Made by a program: the position numbers and the translations under genes
Part shown: piece after piece, positions 61,490 through 64,000 of the stretch
Layout of the letters: the number at the start of each line of letters is the position of its first letter
Position numbering within the stretch: the stretch's first letter is position 1
From: a virus
Reading direction: 5' to 3' (one strand)
IMG/VR virus record: IMGVR_UViG_3300031576_000022
Coordinates: 1 to 64,000 of that record
DNA length: 64,000 bases
The notes under the pieces: model-generated
The model's database searches: none
Told to the model about the DNA's origin: nothing
The model's input: the letters and a program-made list of their open reading frames with translations, nothing else

Positions 61490-61509
61490 TTTTAATTGTT
61501 TTTTCCGTA

Positions 61510-61810
61510 TTCCTGGTCAAATCCTTGAAATCCCGGTTAAGTCCCGTGGAGCTAAGTTCATATGGACAAACGATTTACGTTCCAAATCCCGAAATCCCGG
61601 GGTTCCCGAAAAAATGAAGCCGTCCATTTTGGGCGCGTACCTGATCCTACCTATATATGTAATATTTTATTACAAATACAGTTACATACGTGGGTACCTA
61701 TTTTTAATAAGGGAATTCGGGATTTCCGGGATTTGAAGGATTTTGCTGGCGCCTTTCGAAAAGCGTCAGCAAAATAGCACTATGTTATCCCGGGAACACC
61801 CGGGAACACG
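61510..61810. repeat. origin-like region: inverted iteron-like repeats around an AT-rich core
   Basis: AAATCCYG-like repeats at 61519-61596, GGATTT repeats at 61718-61744, AT-rich 61652-61710, CCCGGGAACAC twice at 61789-61809. Confidence 0.6.
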
Positions 61811-61901
61811 ATCAGCCCGAGAATTATTCATGAGATCCTATTGTAAATTACACCAGGAAAAGTGCAGTATAATTAAGAATGAAAATCGTCAAGGGGATTA
61901 C

Positions 61902-62438
61902 ATGCTTGTATGTTTGTCATGTTTGCGAGAAGAAAATATTGCAAAAAGAAAATATGAAGAAATCTTAATTAATAAAATTGAAAAATCTACACCAATCAAT
62001 TATGAAGAAATATATTCAAAAAATCAATCAATTAAAAGAAAAAGATATCGTCGTGATAAAATTAGGAAGGGTACCGTTGAGTATTGTTTATATTCTATTT
62101 TTTCTAATGTGATCAGTAGATCAAAACTTACCGGAATTCCTACAGACATTGATCATGAATATTTAAAAGAATTATTAAGAGTTCAAAACAATAAATGTGC
62201 AATAACAGGATTAGATTTAGAATTTGAGTCTGGTTCCATTAAAAATAAAAATAAAAGAAAAATCAGTCTTGATCGTATAGATTCTAGCAAATTTTATTTA
62301 AAGGACAATGTATGGTTCGTATGCTGGTTCGTTAATCAATTGAAAAATAATCTATCAATTGATGATCTTATATTTTTTGCTAGGTGTGTAGTAAGAAAAT
62401 TTGGTGAAAATAACGGAGATCAGTCTTATGTCCCGTAA
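61902..62438 (+). CDS. HNH-like homing endonuclease
   Basis: QNNKCAITG...SLDRIDSSK.Y..DNV.FVC..VN..K. Confidence 0.8.
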   Translation: MLVCLSCLREENIAKRKYEEILINKIEKSTPINYEEIYSKNQSIKRKRYRRDKIRKGTVEYCLYSIFSNVISRSKLTGIPTDIDHEYLKELLRVQNNKCAITGLDLEFESGSIKNKNKRKISLDRIDSSKFYLKDNVWFVCWFVNQLKNNLSIDDLIFFARCVVRKFGENNGDQSYVP

Positions 62439-63018
62439 CGATAGTTCCGATCTATTGATTAGTTATATAGCTGCTATAGGATCTATGTTAGTCGATGACG
62501 ATCCGGTTCGGTCAGATGAAGCTATGGCTTGGATTTATACCTTACATGTCGTAGGCAAGCCCTGGATCGTTGGGGCGCTTGACGAAGGGGTTAGCGTTAG
62601 TGTAATGGTCAAGTCGATAGGGAGCTTGTCTAGGGCTATTCTTCGTCCATCAGCAATTATAATCCATGAAAAGGATGCGACTTATTCTCATCTCGGGAAT
62701 CTACTTCCCTACGGGGAATTATTGCGTGCAGTTTTAAGTAATTTCAATGCATTAATAATTGCAAGCGAAGAAACTGCTAGTATATTTAGACGCGGTCCAG
62801 ATCCTCAACCTTGGATTGTTGATTGGAATGATCCGCGAGGTAATCCAGTAAAATGTGCAATTGATGATGGTATTATTTCAAGAGAAAATTGTGAAGAAAA
62901 ATTTAAAAAATATATTCATAATATGAAGCATAGCCCTATTAGCGAAGGAAAACGCAAGCAGTTCTTGATGGATGCATCTCGTGCCTGTCCGTTGACTATT
63001 GAAAAAAAAATCTATTGA
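62428..63018 (+). CDS. hypothetical protein
   Basis: Overlaps upstream gene; contains a motif copy. Confidence 0.55.
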   Translation: MSRNDSSDLLISYIAAIGSMLVDDDPVRSDEAMAWIYTLHVVGKPWIVGALDEGVSVSVMVKSIGSLSRAILRPSAIIIHEKDATYSHLGNLLPYGELLRAVLSNFNALIIASEETASIFRRGPDPQPWIVDWNDPRGNPVKCAIDDGIISRENCEEKFKKYIHNMKHSPISEGKRKQFLMDASRACPLTIEKKIY

Positions 63019-63110
63019 AAATAAAAATTTGCACTTGTGAACTATTTTGAATCTGATACTGTTATTTTGTCCTGGCTCAAAGATGGCTTCAACAAAAGGA
63101 GGAAGCCTCA

Positions 63111-63287
63111 ATGAGCAACCCGATAGTGATTTCCATCCTGGTGCTTTCTGAAGCTGCTGTTGCCGGGATTCCTGGTTCATTCGATCGTCTGCGTAAGGTT
63201 TTTTGTACGATTTGTGTCGATGAAATGACACATGAATTGGTGCGCGAGACGATTGGAGGCGATAGGTATCGTAAGCTTGTTGCTTAG
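63111..63287 (+). CDS. 58-aa small protein (not in ORF track)
   Basis: AGGAGG RBS 8 nt before ATG; MSNPIVISILVLSEAAVAG...CTIC...YRKLVA. Confidence 0.6.
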   Translation: MSNPIVISILVLSEAAVAGIPGSFDRLRKVFCTICVDEMTHELVRETIGGDRYRKLVA

Positions 63288-63294
63288 GATTTAG

Positions 63295-63711
63295 GTGTTT
63301 GTTGTGATGAAAACCAAGAATAGGTTGCGCGATCATTCCCATGGAAGGCGTGATAGAAGGTGTGATAGAAGGTGTGATAGAAGGCGTGGTCGCGTCGCTT
63401 CTACTTTGGATTTATGCGCTGCACAATATGGATTGGATAGTTTGATGGAAAACAGGCCTATTGTTTCTCTTGCTCCTGCTCCAATAAAAATTCATGAAAA
63501 TCATAAGATAAGAATTGTTGAACAAAAAAATCCTAATTGGTTTAGAGATTTATGTAGTTCTAAAGATTATCAATCATCTATTAGAAAACGAATTATTCGA
63601 TTATTGAATTTAGTAAAAGAAAGATCCTATGTTCCACCCGGACCATGGAATATGACGGAACAAGCCTTATCGCTCATTCTTGAAGAGATGCAAAATTTAT
63701 TTTTGATTTGA
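63295..63711 (+). CDS. hypothetical protein with 12-bp tandem repeat
   Basis: (GAAGGYGTGATA) about 3.5 copies at 63343-63388; start uncertain. Confidence 0.5.
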   Translation: MFVVMKTKNRLRDHSHGRRDRRCDRRCDRRRGRVASTLDLCAAQYGLDSLMENRPIVSLAPAPIKIHENHKIRIVEQKNPNWFRDLCSSKDYQSSIRKRIIRLLNLVKERSYVPPGPWNMTEQALSLILEEMQNLFLI

Positions 63712-63742
63712 AAGAAATAGATTTAGATGGTTATATAAAGAT

Positions 63743-64000
63743 ATGACTTTTCAATATTATAAAATTGGCGACCGCTTCGAGGCGCGTCGTGGTGATCAAA
63801 CATTTACTGTTCTAGTTGCAGATATTTCTGCATATCAACGTGAAGTTGAGGGTCCGGCATTATGCTGGGTAAATCCTCCATTTCGAACGGGAAGCCTGTG
63901 TGAGTTTCAGCGTCAAGCGGCTCAAACCACACATGGAATTCGATTTGTTACTATTGATTTGATTTATCGTCAGATTGCGTCTATGTTGCATAATGACGAT
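63743..64000 (+). CDS. hypothetical protein, truncated by window end
   Basis: Open frame MTFQYYKIGDRFEARRG... runs to the end of the window. Confidence 0.5.
   Translation, partial: MTFQYYKIGDRFEARRGDQTFTVLVADISAYQREVEGPALCWVNPPFRTGSLCEFQRQAAQTTHGIRFVTIDLIYRQIASMLHNDD

Larger units (their letters stand above)
1102..62717. repeat. dispersed 15-bp motif YTTYYCCTACYRRGM, 22 copies
   Basis: + strand starts: 1102, 5108, 9194, 11804, 16285, 24449, 26623, 32551, 37777, 41007, 43154, 44630, 45595, 52181, 57612, 58650, 62703; - strand copies (left coordinate): 6458, 18554, 28189, 45066, 48781. Confidence 0.9.

Noticed and set aside
1102-62717. Dispersed motif as a CRISPR array or REP/MITE
   Set aside because: Copies are kilobases apart, only 15 bp long, non-palindromic and embedded in ORFs; no cas genes or spacer periodicity
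150-64000. Alternative genetic code (stop reassignment) suggested by the UUA tRNA-like RNA
   Set aside because: Core genes are full length under code 11 and many end in TAA, so there is no sign of genome-wide recoding

Overview
AT-rich, gene-dense segment of a tailed dsDNA phage (Caudoviricetes); no host core genes, integrase, DNA polymerase or CRISPR array were recognised. Layout: small accessory genes (0.1-15 kb, including a sigma-70 factor, a full tmRNA, ParB-like, RHH, NrdR-like and MazG genes); Mu-like head genes and a tail module with tape measure (16-41 kb, + strand); a recombination block and three large probable virion genes on the - strand (41-57.7 kb); and a TOPRIM-MCM primase-helicase followed by an origin-like repeat region. 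A 3,972-bp IS1-family element (18-bp TIRs, 8-bp TSD) sits between portal and protease. It carries a YhdJ-like methyltransferase, a probable restriction endonuclease and a structured RNA ending in a non-canonical tRNA-like fold (G3:U70, UUA loop). The strongest unexplained signal is a 15-bp asymmetric motif (about YTTYYCCTACYRRGM), found by eye 22 times across the phage DNA in promoters, ribosome-binding regions and ORFs, but not seen in the IS. All protein calls are by-eye motif recognition; no searches were run.
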